A stretch of DNA of 64,000 nt from Gemmatimonadales bacterium (GTDB lineage: Bacteria > Gemmatimonadota > Gemmatimonadetes > Gemmatimonadales > GWC2-71-9): NCBI GenBank assembly GCA_039794085.1, contig JBDIWC010000007.1, positions 50,676 to 114,675 on the forward strand, given 5' to 3'. A model generated the notes under the pieces. It was given only the letters and a program-made list of their open reading frames with translations. It was not told the origin of the DNA and searched no databases. Both the position numbers and the translations under genes were made by a program. Numbering within the stretch: position 1 is the stretch's first letter; every line of letters starts with the position of its first letter. Shown here one piece after another: positions 27,686 to 36,909 of this stretch.

Positions 27686-28135
27686 ATGCCCCGAAGGGGC
27701 ATCGTCCTCAATAGCCCCGGGTTGCGCCGCAGGCGCTACCCGGGGTTGGCGGCGCACCAATTCGTCACAACCCCAACGGGGTTGCGTCATCCCTCCCTCG
27801 CGAGGGCCCGCCGCCCGTGGCGATCTGTCCGGATGGAGGGGGCGGGCAGACTTTATGAAATATTTCACAATCTCATTTTCGGTACTGGAATTGTCGGAGG
27901 GAAGGCGCATCACGCTGTTTGAAATCGCTATTCTCGGGGCTGGCGCCCCTTGCTCGGCTATGCGGTGGCTCACGCCACCGGGGTGCACCGACAAGGCTCC
28001 TTGCCGAACGGCCCACACTCCGGGGCGCATCCAGCGGCTCCGGGCGGTGTAAACGGCCCCACTGCCGAGCCCGGGGCGAAAGCCCCGGGTGTGAACGGCC
28101 CCAGGGCCGAGCCCGGGGCGACAGCCCCGGGGATA
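27686..28135. repeat. Cluster of REP-like hairpins and the left arm of the 29-30 kb mosaic repeat family
   Basis: GCCCCGAAGGGGC, CCCCGGGTTGCGCC..GGCGCTACCCGGGG, CAACCCCAACGGGGTTG, ATCGCTATTCTCGGGG...GCGGTGGCTCACGCCACCG and 2x GCCGAGCCCGGGGCGA.AGCCCCGGG. Confidence 0.75.
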
Positions 28136-28382
28136 CAACGAGACGTCGTGCGTTTTTCGGCTCTCCGTCGCGTGAATCGGGTGATCCACCTCGGAGTCCT
28201 GGCTGCATCTTTCCTGCATGCACTACCGGGTCTGTTTCATCGCGCTCTTCCGCCCTCCCACGCACCCTGCGGCTGGCTGGCCTTTGTGCCTTGGTTCCAG
28301 GTCTTGCGCCTCATTCCCTGTTTGGTCGTTCCCGCCATCCGCATTAGCTTTGCTGGGCACACCCGAACCGGGGAGGATACCA

Positions 28383-28607
28383 ATGTTGCGTACGATTGAG
28401 GCCATTATCGAGGCCGACGGACGGGTGCGGCTCCTGGAGTCCGTCGCGCTTCCCGGGGCGCGCCGCGCCCTGGTGACCGTGCTTGAGGAGCTTGGAGCGG
28501 AGGAGAGTGGCGACCTCATGGCCCAGTTGAGTGTGTCGGCACTCGCCGGCGACTGGAATCGCCCGGAGGAGGACTCCGCGTGGGCGCACCTTCAGCCGGG
28601 AGCGTAG
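28383..28607 (+). CDS. Putative type II antitoxin (74 aa)
   Basis: GGAGG RBS; acidic C-terminal motif LAGDWNRPEEDSAWAHL; overlaps the downstream MazF-type gene. Confidence 0.75.
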   Translation: MLRTIEAIIEADGRVRLLESVALPGARRALVTVLEELGAEESGDLMAQLSVSALAGDWNRPEEDSAWAHLQPGA

Positions 28608-28924
28608 TCCTCGTTCCGTTCCCCTTCTCGGACTTGTCCGAGACCAAGTTGCGCCCAGCCATCGTGCTGGCCGATGCGGGCCGAGGGGATGCCATTCTCT
28701 GTCAGGTCACCGGCAATCGTTATGGCGACCCCATCGCAATGGAACTCTCGACGTCCGACTTTGCCTCCGGTTCCTTGCAACGGACCAGCTATGTCCGGCC
28801 GGGGAAGCTGTTCACCGCGAGCGGTGGCCTCATCGTCCGGGAAGTGGGCATTCTCAACCCCGAATCTCTTTCACGCCTCATCGACCGGGTCATCGAGTTG
28901 CTGCGTCGTTCAACGCGGGAGTAA
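28580..28924 (+). CDS. PemK/MazF-family toxin (endoribonuclease)
   Basis: GSVVLVPFPFSDLSETKLRPAIVL, ILCQVT and SYVRPGKLFT motifs. Confidence 0.9.
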   Translation: MGAPSAGSVVLVPFPFSDLSETKLRPAIVLADAGRGDAILCQVTGNRYGDPIAMELSTSDFASGSLQRTSYVRPGKLFTASGGLIVREVGILNPESLSRLIDRVIELLRRSTRE

Positions 28925-28961
28925 CTCTCCGTCGTCGGCGTCGCCCTTCCCGGGGGTGAAG

Positions 28962-30197
28962 GGCGCAGCACGCTGTTTAAGATCGCTATTCTCGGGGGGA
29001 GGGCGCGCCACGGCGCGCCCCTGCACGCCCCTTGCTCGGCTGTGCGGTGGCTGGCGCCACCGGTGCATGGACAAGCATCCGGATCGTGTCAACTTGAGAT
29101 CGCTATTCTCGGGGGGAGGGCGCGCCACGGCGCGCCCCTGCACGCCCCTTGCTCGGCTGTGCGGTGGCTGGCGCCACCGGGTGTGCGGACGACGCTCCGG
29201 GCCGATGAACCGGCCCCAAGATCGCATCGAGGGGTTCAGGGCCGTGTGAACGGCCCAAGGTCACATCGAGGGGTTCAGGGCCGAGTGAATGCCCCAAGAT
29301 CGCATCGAGGGGCAGGGCCGTGTCAACGTGGAGATCGCCTATTCTCGGGGCTCACGCCCCTTGCTCGGCTATGCGGTGGCTGGCGCCACCGGGTGCATGG
29401 ACAAGCATCCGGGCCGAGTGAACCGGCCCCAAGATCGCATCGAGGGGCAGGGCCGTGTCAACGGCCCCTCTGCCGAGCCCGGGGCGAAAGCCCCGGGGTG
29501 CACGGACGACGCTCCGGGCCGAGTGAACCGGCCCCAAGATCACATCGAGGGGCTCAGGGCCGAGTGAATGGCCCAAGGTCGCATCGAGGGGCAGGGCCGT
29601 GTCAACGGCCCCATGGCCGAGCCCGGGGCGAAAGCCCCGGGTGCATGGACAAGCATCCGGGCCGAGTGAACCGGCCCCAAGATCGCATCGAGGGGCAGGG
29701 CCGTGTCAACGTGGAGATCGCCTATTCTCGGGGCTCACGCCCCTTGCTCGGCTATGCGGTGGCTGGCGCCACCGGGTGCATGGACAAGCATCCGGGCCGA
29801 GTGAACCGGCCCCAAGATCGCATCGAGGGGCAGGGCCGTGTCAACGGCCCCATGGCCGAGCCCGGGGCGAAAGCCCCGGGGTGCACGGACGACGCTCCGG
29901 GCCGAGTGAACCGGCCCCACGGTCGCATCGAGGGGCATCCGGGCCGTGTCAACGGCCCCACTGCCGAGCCCGGGGCGAAAGCCCCGGGTGCACGGACGAC
30001 GCTCCGGGCCGATGAACCGGCCCCAAGATCGCATCGAGGGGTTCAGGGCCGTGTCAACGGCCCCATGGCCGAGCCCGGGGCGAAAGCCCCGGGGTGCACG
30101 GACGACGCTCCGGGCCGATGAACGGGCCCCAAGATCGCATCGAGGGGCAGGGCCGTGTCAACGGCCCCACTGCCGAGCCCGGGGCGAAAGCCCCGGG
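28962..30197. repeat. Mosaic tandem array of GC-rich hairpin modules (~11 copies of an AAGATCGCATCGAGGGG core)
   Basis: Modules GCCCGGGGCGAAAGCCCCGGG, CGGTGGCTGGCGCCACCG and GATCGCCTATTCTCGGGG recur in shuffled order; a near-exact block is repeated with a 383-bp offset (29296/29679). Confidence 0.9.
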
Positions 30198-30385
30198 ACA
30201 CCGACCCCGAGTGGAGGCAGCTTTGCACCGCTAGGTCGGCCGTGATCGTTCTGCGCGACCTCGATCCCCACCCGATCACCACGCGAGTGACTCCCGACCC
30301 GTACGTCCGGGCCCCGGAGGAGTACAACCGTGCGTTCGACCGGATTGACCGGTGCCTGGAGGTGCTCCTGGGGGCGGGGCGATAG
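30192..30385 (+). pseudogene. Remnant duplicate of the 3' end of the LMW-PTP gene (27432-27624)
   Basis: Encodes VIVLRDLDPHPITTRVTPDPYVRAPEEYNRAFDRIDRCLEVL versus VIVLGDLDPHPITTRVIPDPYGRTPEEFDRAFDRIDRCLEVL; ~80% nt identity by manual count, one indel, no 5' part. Confidence 0.88.
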
Positions 30386-30422
30386 CTATCCACCGCGAGC
30401 TCCCGTAGGGCCGATCGGGCGC

Positions 30423-31577
30423 TCATGAGAGGCTCGCCACGATCCTCCGGAAGGAGTTTACGGTTCCTTCAATGTTGTAATCGCGTGCTACAACCTTCGC
30501 AGCGTTAGACCCAAGTAAGGCCCTGAGTTCAGGGTGTTCAATCAGATGAACGAGATATTTGCAAGCAGAGGCCACACTGCCCTCCTCATAAACAAGACCA
30601 GTGTCCCCGTGAATCGTTGCTGCACTGACTGAAGGGTTATCGGGCACGAGAGTCGCAAGACCAGCGCTCATGTATTCAAGGATCGAAAGTGAGAACCCGA
30701 CCTCCCCCTTTGCTGCATGCATGCCAATATCGCAGGATATAGCCAGAGCACCCACATCATCGTACCGACCGAGAAAAAGAAATCGTCGCTGGAGCTGATA
30801 GCGAGCCACAAGATCCCTGCACCGCGGCAAGTCCGGTCCATCACCACAATACACGAAATGCACATTGTCATACTGCATGGCATTAATAAGAACGTTGGCA
30901 CACTCAACAATGAAATCAATTCCCTTGTAGGCACTAGCCCGCCCTGACGTAAATACAACCACGCTGCTATCTGGGATCCCGAGCACCTCCTGTACCCTGG
31001 GTCGAGGTCGGGCTATGTCGATGGGTTCGATCCCATTGCGAGCAACGAATGATTTTCGTTCTGGGATACAAGACGTTGTCCTATGTCTGTTTTGCACGTA
31101 TTCACTGACTGCTATGATTCCGTCAGCCGTAATTAATGGGATTCGATTCTTGACCGCCTTGAGCACCTTGAAAACCCCAGTCTCTGCGTCACGCCGACCC
31201 GGGGAGTGATCGTGGACGAGGATGATCTTCACACCAACCATGCGAAAGAACAGATACCTCAACGAGAAGAACGGCTTGTCGGTAAGATAGATGAATCCGA
31301 TATGATTCCGACGAAGATAGATCAGCATACGCAACGACCCTCTCGGCGACCGGTCTTCGTAATCAAGCAAATCGACGATCATGCCATCCTTATGGACGGG
31401 CGACACCGTCTGGGCATCAACCGATCTACTGGCATCGCCTAGATCCGGATAGATCAGGTAGGCCTCCCTCCTGCGGGACTGCGCGATGTCCGCCACTTCA
31501 CTCCAGAAGCGCTCCATAAGCCACCACGCGTAGCCAACGTTCGGGGAGTAATTGGCAACTAGGAGATAGTTTGTCAT
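30423..31577 (-). CDS. GT4 glycosyltransferase, markedly lower GC than its neighbours
   Basis: AVSEYV, RNGI, GRASAYKG and GFSLSILEYMSAG motifs; probable start ATG 31577. Confidence 0.85.
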   Translation of the reverse strand: MTNYLLVANYSPNVGYAWWLMERFWSEVADIAQSRRREAYLIYPDLGDASRSVDAQTVSPVHKDGMIVDLLDYEDRSPRGSLRMLIYLRRNHIGFIYLTDKPFFSLRYLFFRMVGVKIILVHDHSPGRRDAETGVFKVLKAVKNRIPLITADGIIAVSEYVQNRHRTTSCIPERKSFVARNGIEPIDIARPRPRVQEVLGIPDSSVVVFTSGRASAYKGIDFIVECANVLINAMQYDNVHFVYCGDGPDLPRCRDLVARYQLQRRFLFLGRYDDVGALAISCDIGMHAAKGEVGFSLSILEYMSAGLATLVPDNPSVSAATIHGDTGLVYEEGSVASACKYLVHLIEHPELRALLGSNAAKVVARDYNIEGTVNSFRRIVASLS

Positions 31578-31829
31578 CGTACGGAATCTGCCGTCCTTGT
31601 TGATTGGAGGCCCGGTAAATGTCAAGGTAGTTGTCGCATGAGTCTTCATGCAGCGGCTTCGGGAGTAGCCGGGCGGTTGATTCCGGCTTGGGTGGATCGA
31701 GGGCCACCGTGTCGACCGGGGTCCAGCCTCACGTGCCTGGGTGTATACCATCCGCCGGAGTTGAGCCACAGCAAGCAACATGCCGACGGGTCACCCTACG
31801 CGACTTCCTACCGGAACCTCGGGGACGAG

Positions 31830-32939
31830 CTACGCACCCCTCGAGTAGACACCCTCATACGCCCGCACCATCGCATCGAGACTGAACTCGGCAACCACCC
31901 GTTCCCGTGCCGCTGCGCCATCGCGGGCACGCGCAGCAACATCCTGGATCGCCTCTGACCACGCCGCGGCCAGGGCGGCGGGGTCGGCGGGAGGGACGAG
32001 CCGGTGGGCCAGATCGGGACCGAGCACCACCCGATTCCCCCCGACGTCGGTCACGATCGGGCAGAGCCCGGTGCTCATCGCCTCCAGGAGACTCACCGAG
32101 GTCCCCTCCGAGTGGGAGGACATGGTGAAGATGTCGAAGGTGGCGAGGAGTTCATGCACGTCATCCCGCCAGCCGAGAAAGTGGACGCTGTCGGCCACAC
32201 CGAGCGACTCGACCATCGCTTCGAGCCGGGAGCGTTCCGACCCGTCCCCGGCGAGCACCAGCACTACCGGATCGGGGATCCTCTCACGGAGGTGGGCCAT
32301 CGCCTCCACCATCACCTCGTATCCCTTGATCGCCTCGAGCCGGCCGATGCTCCCGAGCACCACCGCTTCCGGCGGGATACTGAGCGTGGCCCGGATCCCG
32401 TCGGAACGACCCGGCACAAACCGCTCGGTGTCCACCCCGTTCCGGACCACCACGATCCGGGTGCCTGCGGGAACCACGGTGGCCTCGAGCCGTTGACGGA
32501 GCGCGTCGGACACTGCTATCACCACGTCGGTGCGCCGAGCCGCCCGACCGTGGAGAAACCGGGCCAGCCAGGGATCATGCGTCGGGCGCCCATGATCGGT
32601 GTGGACCAGGAAGGGAACGCCCGCAGCCCGTGCGGCCAGTGCCACCTTGTACCAGACCCCGCTGTGGGTATGGACCACGTCGGGGGCGATGCTCCGGATG
32701 CTCGCGGCGAGGCGCCGGGGCCAGAGGAGCGACCACTTCTCCAGCGGTGGGGCCTGATGAAGCGTCGCGACCTCGGCGAGTCCTTCACCGAACCGCCCGA
32801 AGAAGCCGAGCACCAGCACATGCAACTCGAACCGGGTCGGGTCGAACCGGTGCATCAGGTCGGAGAGGAGCCGCTCCATCCCCCCGTAGTGGAGGTTCTG
32901 AATGACGTGCAGCAGTCGGATCCGTCGTGTGTCACTCAT
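31830..32939 (-). CDS. GT4 glycosyltransferase
   Basis: YGGMER, VHTH, RNGVD, IGRLEAIKG and EGTSVSLLEAM motifs; ATGA coupling. Confidence 0.92.
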   Translation of the reverse strand: MSDTRRIRLLHVIQNLHYGGMERLLSDLMHRFDPTRFELHVLVLGFFGRFGEGLAEVATLHQAPPLEKWSLLWPRRLAASIRSIAPDVVHTHSGVWYKVALAARAAGVPFLVHTDHGRPTHDPWLARFLHGRAARRTDVVIAVSDALRQRLEATVVPAGTRIVVVRNGVDTERFVPGRSDGIRATLSIPPEAVVLGSIGRLEAIKGYEVMVEAMAHLRERIPDPVVLVLAGDGSERSRLEAMVESLGVADSVHFLGWRDDVHELLATFDIFTMSSHSEGTSVSLLEAMSTGLCPIVTDVGGNRVVLGPDLAHRLVPPADPAALAAAWSEAIQDVAARARDGAAARERVVAEFSLDAMVRAYEGVYSRGA

Positions 32940-34132
32940 CTTCCCAAGCTCCTCACCCATTGAGCCATCTCACGCGCGGCCGGCCCCGGGTCCCGGAGCC
33001 GGAACACTTCGTTCTGCCCTCGCAGGACGGAAGCGCCAAGGAAATCCCACAGCACTCGCATTCGTGATGGAGTTCCAGGTGGAAGGTGCAACGCCTCGGC
33101 GGAATGCCGAAGGCGGATGAGGACGTGGTCCAGGTCTCCCAGCCACCACCGGGTCCGCACTCCGATGCGCCAGGGCGGAGGCTCCGAAGGCGGGGAGCCG
33201 TTGGCGCAGGACACGAGGAGTGAGGGGAAGTCCACCCCGGCATCCACCGCGAGCTGCAGGGAGCCCCAGAACCGACCGTTCACCTCCATCAGGACGGGGG
33301 TGCCGGTGGCCCGGTTTTCCTTGAACTCCACCATCGCCACCCCGTTCCAATCGAAGTGATCGAGGAGCTCCTCGGCCAACCGCTGGAGGGCGGGATCGAG
33401 GGCCACGCTCTCGGCGCAGACGCTCACCCCCCCCGAGGGGGGCTTTTCGCGGATCCGCCGATGGGCAAAGGCCGCCACTGTTCGTCCCTCCCACCGGAGA
33501 AGAAACACGCCGAGACCATCCCCGACGATTCTCTCCTGCACCAGTACCGGCCAGGCGGCGGCGGGGAGTTGCCGCAGCGCCCGGTCCAGGGCCCCGGCAT
33601 CCTCGGCGTGAGTCACGCCGAACTTGATGGCGGACCCACTGCCCACCGAGGCGTGGGGCTTGACCACCACCGGGAACTCCCCCGGATCGAGCGCCGGGAG
33701 GGGGTCCGCCGGGGAGGTGACCTCCCACTGTTTCGGAACGGCCAGGCCAAGTTCACTGGCGGCCCGCAGGACGGTGGCCTTGTCGGAGATGGCGGCGAAG
33801 CGGTTCGCCCCGGGCCAGGGGATGGTCACTCCGGGCCAGCGGCTCCGTTCGGGGAGGAGAGCCCGGAGCGCGGCCTCGGTGATGGGGAGAATGATGCCGG
33901 GCGCGAGCCGCGTCACCAGTTCATCGATGGCGGCCACATACCCTGAAGGGTCGGCGAGGGGATCGGGTACCCGCCAGGTGCCTGCCGCGTACCGGGACGC
34001 CCCAGCGAGGGGCCGCTTCTCGTGGGATGCCACATGTACCATGTGGCCCCGACGGCCGAGGGAACGGACCACCGCCAGCGCGGAGCGCTGTTCGCCGTCG
34101 GTCACCAGGATGGGTCGAGTAACTACCGGCAC
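32936..34132 (-). CDS. ATP-grasp carboxylate-amine ligase
   Basis: ILVTDGEQRSALAVVRSLG, FPVVVKP, LVQERIVG, MVEFK and MEVNGRFWGSL motifs; probable GTG start 34132. Confidence 0.88.
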   Translation of the reverse strand: MPVVTRPILVTDGEQRSALAVVRSLGRRGHMVHVASHEKRPLAGASRYAAGTWRVPDPLADPSGYVAAIDELVTRLAPGIILPITEAALRALLPERSRWPGVTIPWPGANRFAAISDKATVLRAASELGLAVPKQWEVTSPADPLPALDPGEFPVVVKPHASVGSGSAIKFGVTHAEDAGALDRALRQLPAAAWPVLVQERIVGDGLGVFLLRWEGRTVAAFAHRRIREKPPSGGVSVCAESVALDPALQRLAEELLDHFDWNGVAMVEFKENRATGTPVLMEVNGRFWGSLQLAVDAGVDFPSLLVSCANGSPPSEPPPWRIGVRTRWWLGDLDHVLIRLRHSAEALHLPPGTPSRMRVLWDFLGASVLRGQNEVFRLRDPGPAAREMAQWVRSLGR

Positions 34133-35040
34133 AGAAACCCCATCAGCCGGAGTGCCAGCCCTTCGGCGCTGAGCCCGGCAGGCACATTGTAGCGCGGCAG
34201 GCCGAACTGGTCGCCAGCCCCTTCGGATTCCAGCCACCCTCCGCTCACCAACAGGGCTCCCTCGAAACCCACCTGCTCCGCCATCCGGCGCACCCGGGGT
34301 GCTTCGAGGCCGTAGGGATACGCCAGCCATCGCACGCCCGAGGCCCCGAGCTCGGTGACCCAGGTCAGGCAATCGGTAAGTTCTCGGGTGATGTCCGATT
34401 CGGGGATTGCGGCAAGGTTCGGGTGACTCCAGGTGTGAGCCCCGATGGAGATCCCTGGTGCCAGCGTCGCGGAGTGGAGCAATTTCTGGTCCGCCGTCCG
34501 CATCCAGGGTGGGAGGTCGGTGGCGCTGGGATGGCCTGAGCTGAGCGTCTTGAGGACCGCTTCATCACGCCCCTGAAGCTCCATCAGAGCCCGGTTCCGC
34601 ACTGCTTCCGAGAGCACCCCGCCATGCTGTGCCGCGAGGTGATCCCACCAGAAGGTCTGCCCGCCGAGCCTTCCGGGGCAGACGAAGAAGGTGGCGGGAA
34701 AGCCGAACCGGGCCAGCTCCTGTACTCCGGCGGTGAGGGCACCCACGTAGGCATCGTCGAAGGTGATGACCACACGGGGCCGGGTTCTGGCCGGGTCCGG
34801 CTCCTGCATCGGACCAGAGAGGGGTACCACCTCGGTCAGCCGGGCAATCACGGCCAGGTGTCTGCGGAACTCTCCCCGCGGAAGGTGCAGGGCACGTTCC
34901 CCGGCCGGCCGCTCTCCCTTCGGGATGATGTTATGATACGCCAGGATCAACACCCCATTCCGAAGCCGACGCCTCCGGAGGGCCCCGAACCCTGGGAGCC
35001 GGACGCCCAGTTCCACAATTCGCTTGGCGACAGATCTCAT
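34123..35040 (-). CDS. Polysaccharide deacetylase (CE4)
   Basis: ILAYHNI, ITFDDAY, GAHTWSH and LAYPYG motifs. Confidence 0.9.
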   Translation of the reverse strand: MRSVAKRIVELGVRLPGFGALRRRRLRNGVLILAYHNIIPKGERPAGERALHLPRGEFRRHLAVIARLTEVVPLSGPMQEPDPARTRPRVVITFDDAYVGALTAGVQELARFGFPATFFVCPGRLGGQTFWWDHLAAQHGGVLSEAVRNRALMELQGRDEAVLKTLSSGHPSATDLPPWMRTADQKLLHSATLAPGISIGAHTWSHPNLAAIPESDITRELTDCLTWVTELGASGVRWLAYPYGLEAPRVRRMAEQVGFEGALLVSGGWLESEGAGDQFGLPRYNVPAGLSAEGLALRLMGFLCR

Positions 35041-35167
35041 GGTCTGGACAGTTCCCGGCCCAAGGCACAAGGGAGGAGCACTTTGGTCATGGCGTACAAG
35101 AGGGTAACCCGATGCCATCCCTAAGCGAAAGCTCCCGGCCGAGCTGCCGGAGGTCAGGCGTGCAACG

Positions 35168-36643
35168 ATGAGGCCAACAGGACGCACCCTGACTCTCCGA
35201 GATCCGGGGATGATGGTTGAAGGGAAGGCACGCCTTCTCCTGATTTCGTACCACTTTCCCCCCATGGAATCGGCCGGAGCGGTCCGATGGGAAAGCATGG
35301 TGCGACACGCCGAACGGTTCGGCTACGCCGTGGACGTGGTGACTGTCCTTCCTGATTGGTGGCGCGAGGGCATGGCCTCTCCCCGGGTCGACCGTCTGCC
35401 GGAGGGCACAGGGGTAACGGGTGTGAGTGTCGCGGCGCTTTGGTCTGAAGTATTGGAAGCCCGGCTGCATGAATGGTGGTTACGATTTCGAAGCGAGGCG
35501 CACCGTCCGAGGAAGAACTCCAGCAACTCAGGCTCGAGCTCCAGCCCTCTGCGAGAGGGCAGGGATCCCGTGAGCCAACAACACTCGCTGGCTCCCCATG
35601 AGTGCCACTGGTTCCGGTCCCGACGCGATCTTCTCCGCCACTGGTGGGTACTCCAGGAACACCGGCGCGACCTCTCCTGGGCGAAGGCCGCCGGAAAGGT
35701 TGCACGAGAGATCTTCCGGCCTGGGGTACACCGGACCTTGATCACCTGCGGACCCCCGCATGAAGTACACCTCACTGGGAGCCGGTTGGCGCGGAGAGTG
35801 GGCCTCCCTCATGTCATGGACCTTCGGGACCCTTGGGCGCTTCCAGTGCGAACCCCGGAGCATCTCGGCAGTCCTCTGCGGTGGGTGATGGCCCGACGAG
35901 CCGAGCAGGAGGCGGTGGGTCATGCAGCCATGGTGGTGGCCAATACGGAGCCGTTGCGAAAGGCCATGATCGAGGCACATCCGGGTACTGGGGCCAGGTT
36001 CATCACCGTCATGAATGGGTGGGACGATGACGAGGAGTTGCCCGTTATGGCGCCCCAGATGCCCGGCGATCCCTTCCGAGTGCTGTACACCGGGGAGGTA
36101 TACCTCGACCGAAATCCCGATGGATTTTTCCGCGCATCCCGCAAAGTGATTGCCGACCTCGGGCTCGCCCCCGATTCGTTTGAGATCGTCTTCATCGGAC
36201 CGAGCGGATCCGGAGCCGACAAGGTGAGGACGATAGCCGCGCGGGAGGGCATCGAGTCATTCGTGACCGTGCGACCGAGGGTGCCGCGCGAGGAAGTACT
36301 TCGAGAGATGGCTCGGGCCACAATGCTGCTGAGCCTGGGACAGGACAGCCCGTATGCAGTCCCGTCGAAAGTATTTGAGTACCTGCGGTTCGCAGCTTGG
36401 AATTTGGTGCTTGCCGCGCCGGAATCCCCAACCGGGACACTCCTTGCATGTACCGGCGTTGACCTGGCTGATCCCAGAGATGAGACCGCGGTGGGGGCAG
36501 TGCTCAAGCGGAGGATCGCTGAGCACATGGCGGGGGCCAGGGCCAGCGCCGTGGGCGGTGTGGGAAGATTCGCTCGGTCGGTCCAAGCGGACGCCCTGTT
36601 CTCCGAGTTGTCGCGGCTGAGATTGTCCTTGGTGGACGGGTGA
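35168..36643 (+). CDS. GT-B glycosyltransferase (GT4-like)
   Basis: LLISYHFPP, DLRDPW, MNGWD, YTGEVY and PSKVFEYL motifs; start uncertain (35168/35210). Confidence 0.85.
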   Translation: MRPTGRTLTLRDPGMMVEGKARLLLISYHFPPMESAGAVRWESMVRHAERFGYAVDVVTVLPDWWREGMASPRVDRLPEGTGVTGVSVAALWSEVLEARLHEWWLRFRSEAHRPRKNSSNSGSSSSPLREGRDPVSQQHSLAPHECHWFRSRRDLLRHWWVLQEHRRDLSWAKAAGKVAREIFRPGVHRTLITCGPPHEVHLTGSRLARRVGLPHVMDLRDPWALPVRTPEHLGSPLRWVMARRAEQEAVGHAAMVVANTEPLRKAMIEAHPGTGARFITVMNGWDDDEELPVMAPQMPGDPFRVLYTGEVYLDRNPDGFFRASRKVIADLGLAPDSFEIVFIGPSGSGADKVRTIAAREGIESFVTVRPRVPREEVLREMARATMLLSLGQDSPYAVPSKVFEYLRFAAWNLVLAAPESPTGTLLACTGVDLADPRDETAVGAVLKRRIAEHMAGARASAVGGVGRFARSVQADALFSELSRLRLSLVDG

Positions 36644-36909
36644 TTGGGACCGCAACCGTTGCGTACATGCAACACTTGTTGCACGCCAGCACCACGCTGG
36701 GCGTCATTCTTGGATCAAAGGACTTGGATCCAAGGACTCTGTCCGCAGGCTCCGGTGACGAACGGCACGAGGATCGCATGTGAATCACCCTGAACTGGTA
36801 CGATCCCGATGGGTTCCCCGGGGAGACGTGGACGCTCTCCACCAGGGTTCATGGGAAGAAGCCGGACGGAGCAGCATTGTTTCCCATGCGACGGAAGCCT
36901 GATCACACG

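Noticed and set aside
28340..28980. Integron cassette (attC) around the TA pair
   Set aside because: No convincing RYYYAAC...GTTRRRY paired boxes and no integrase; the flanks belong to the hairpin-array family.
28962..30197. CRISPR array or repeat-protein ORFs (e.g. 29042..30121)
   Set aside because: The spacers are reused modules rather than unique sequences, spacing is irregular, and no cas genes are present. The ORFs are open in several frames without an RBS or domain.
30192..30385. DGR template repeat for the ptp 3' end
   Set aside because: The mismatches are not adenine-specific, include an indel, and no reverse transcriptase is present.
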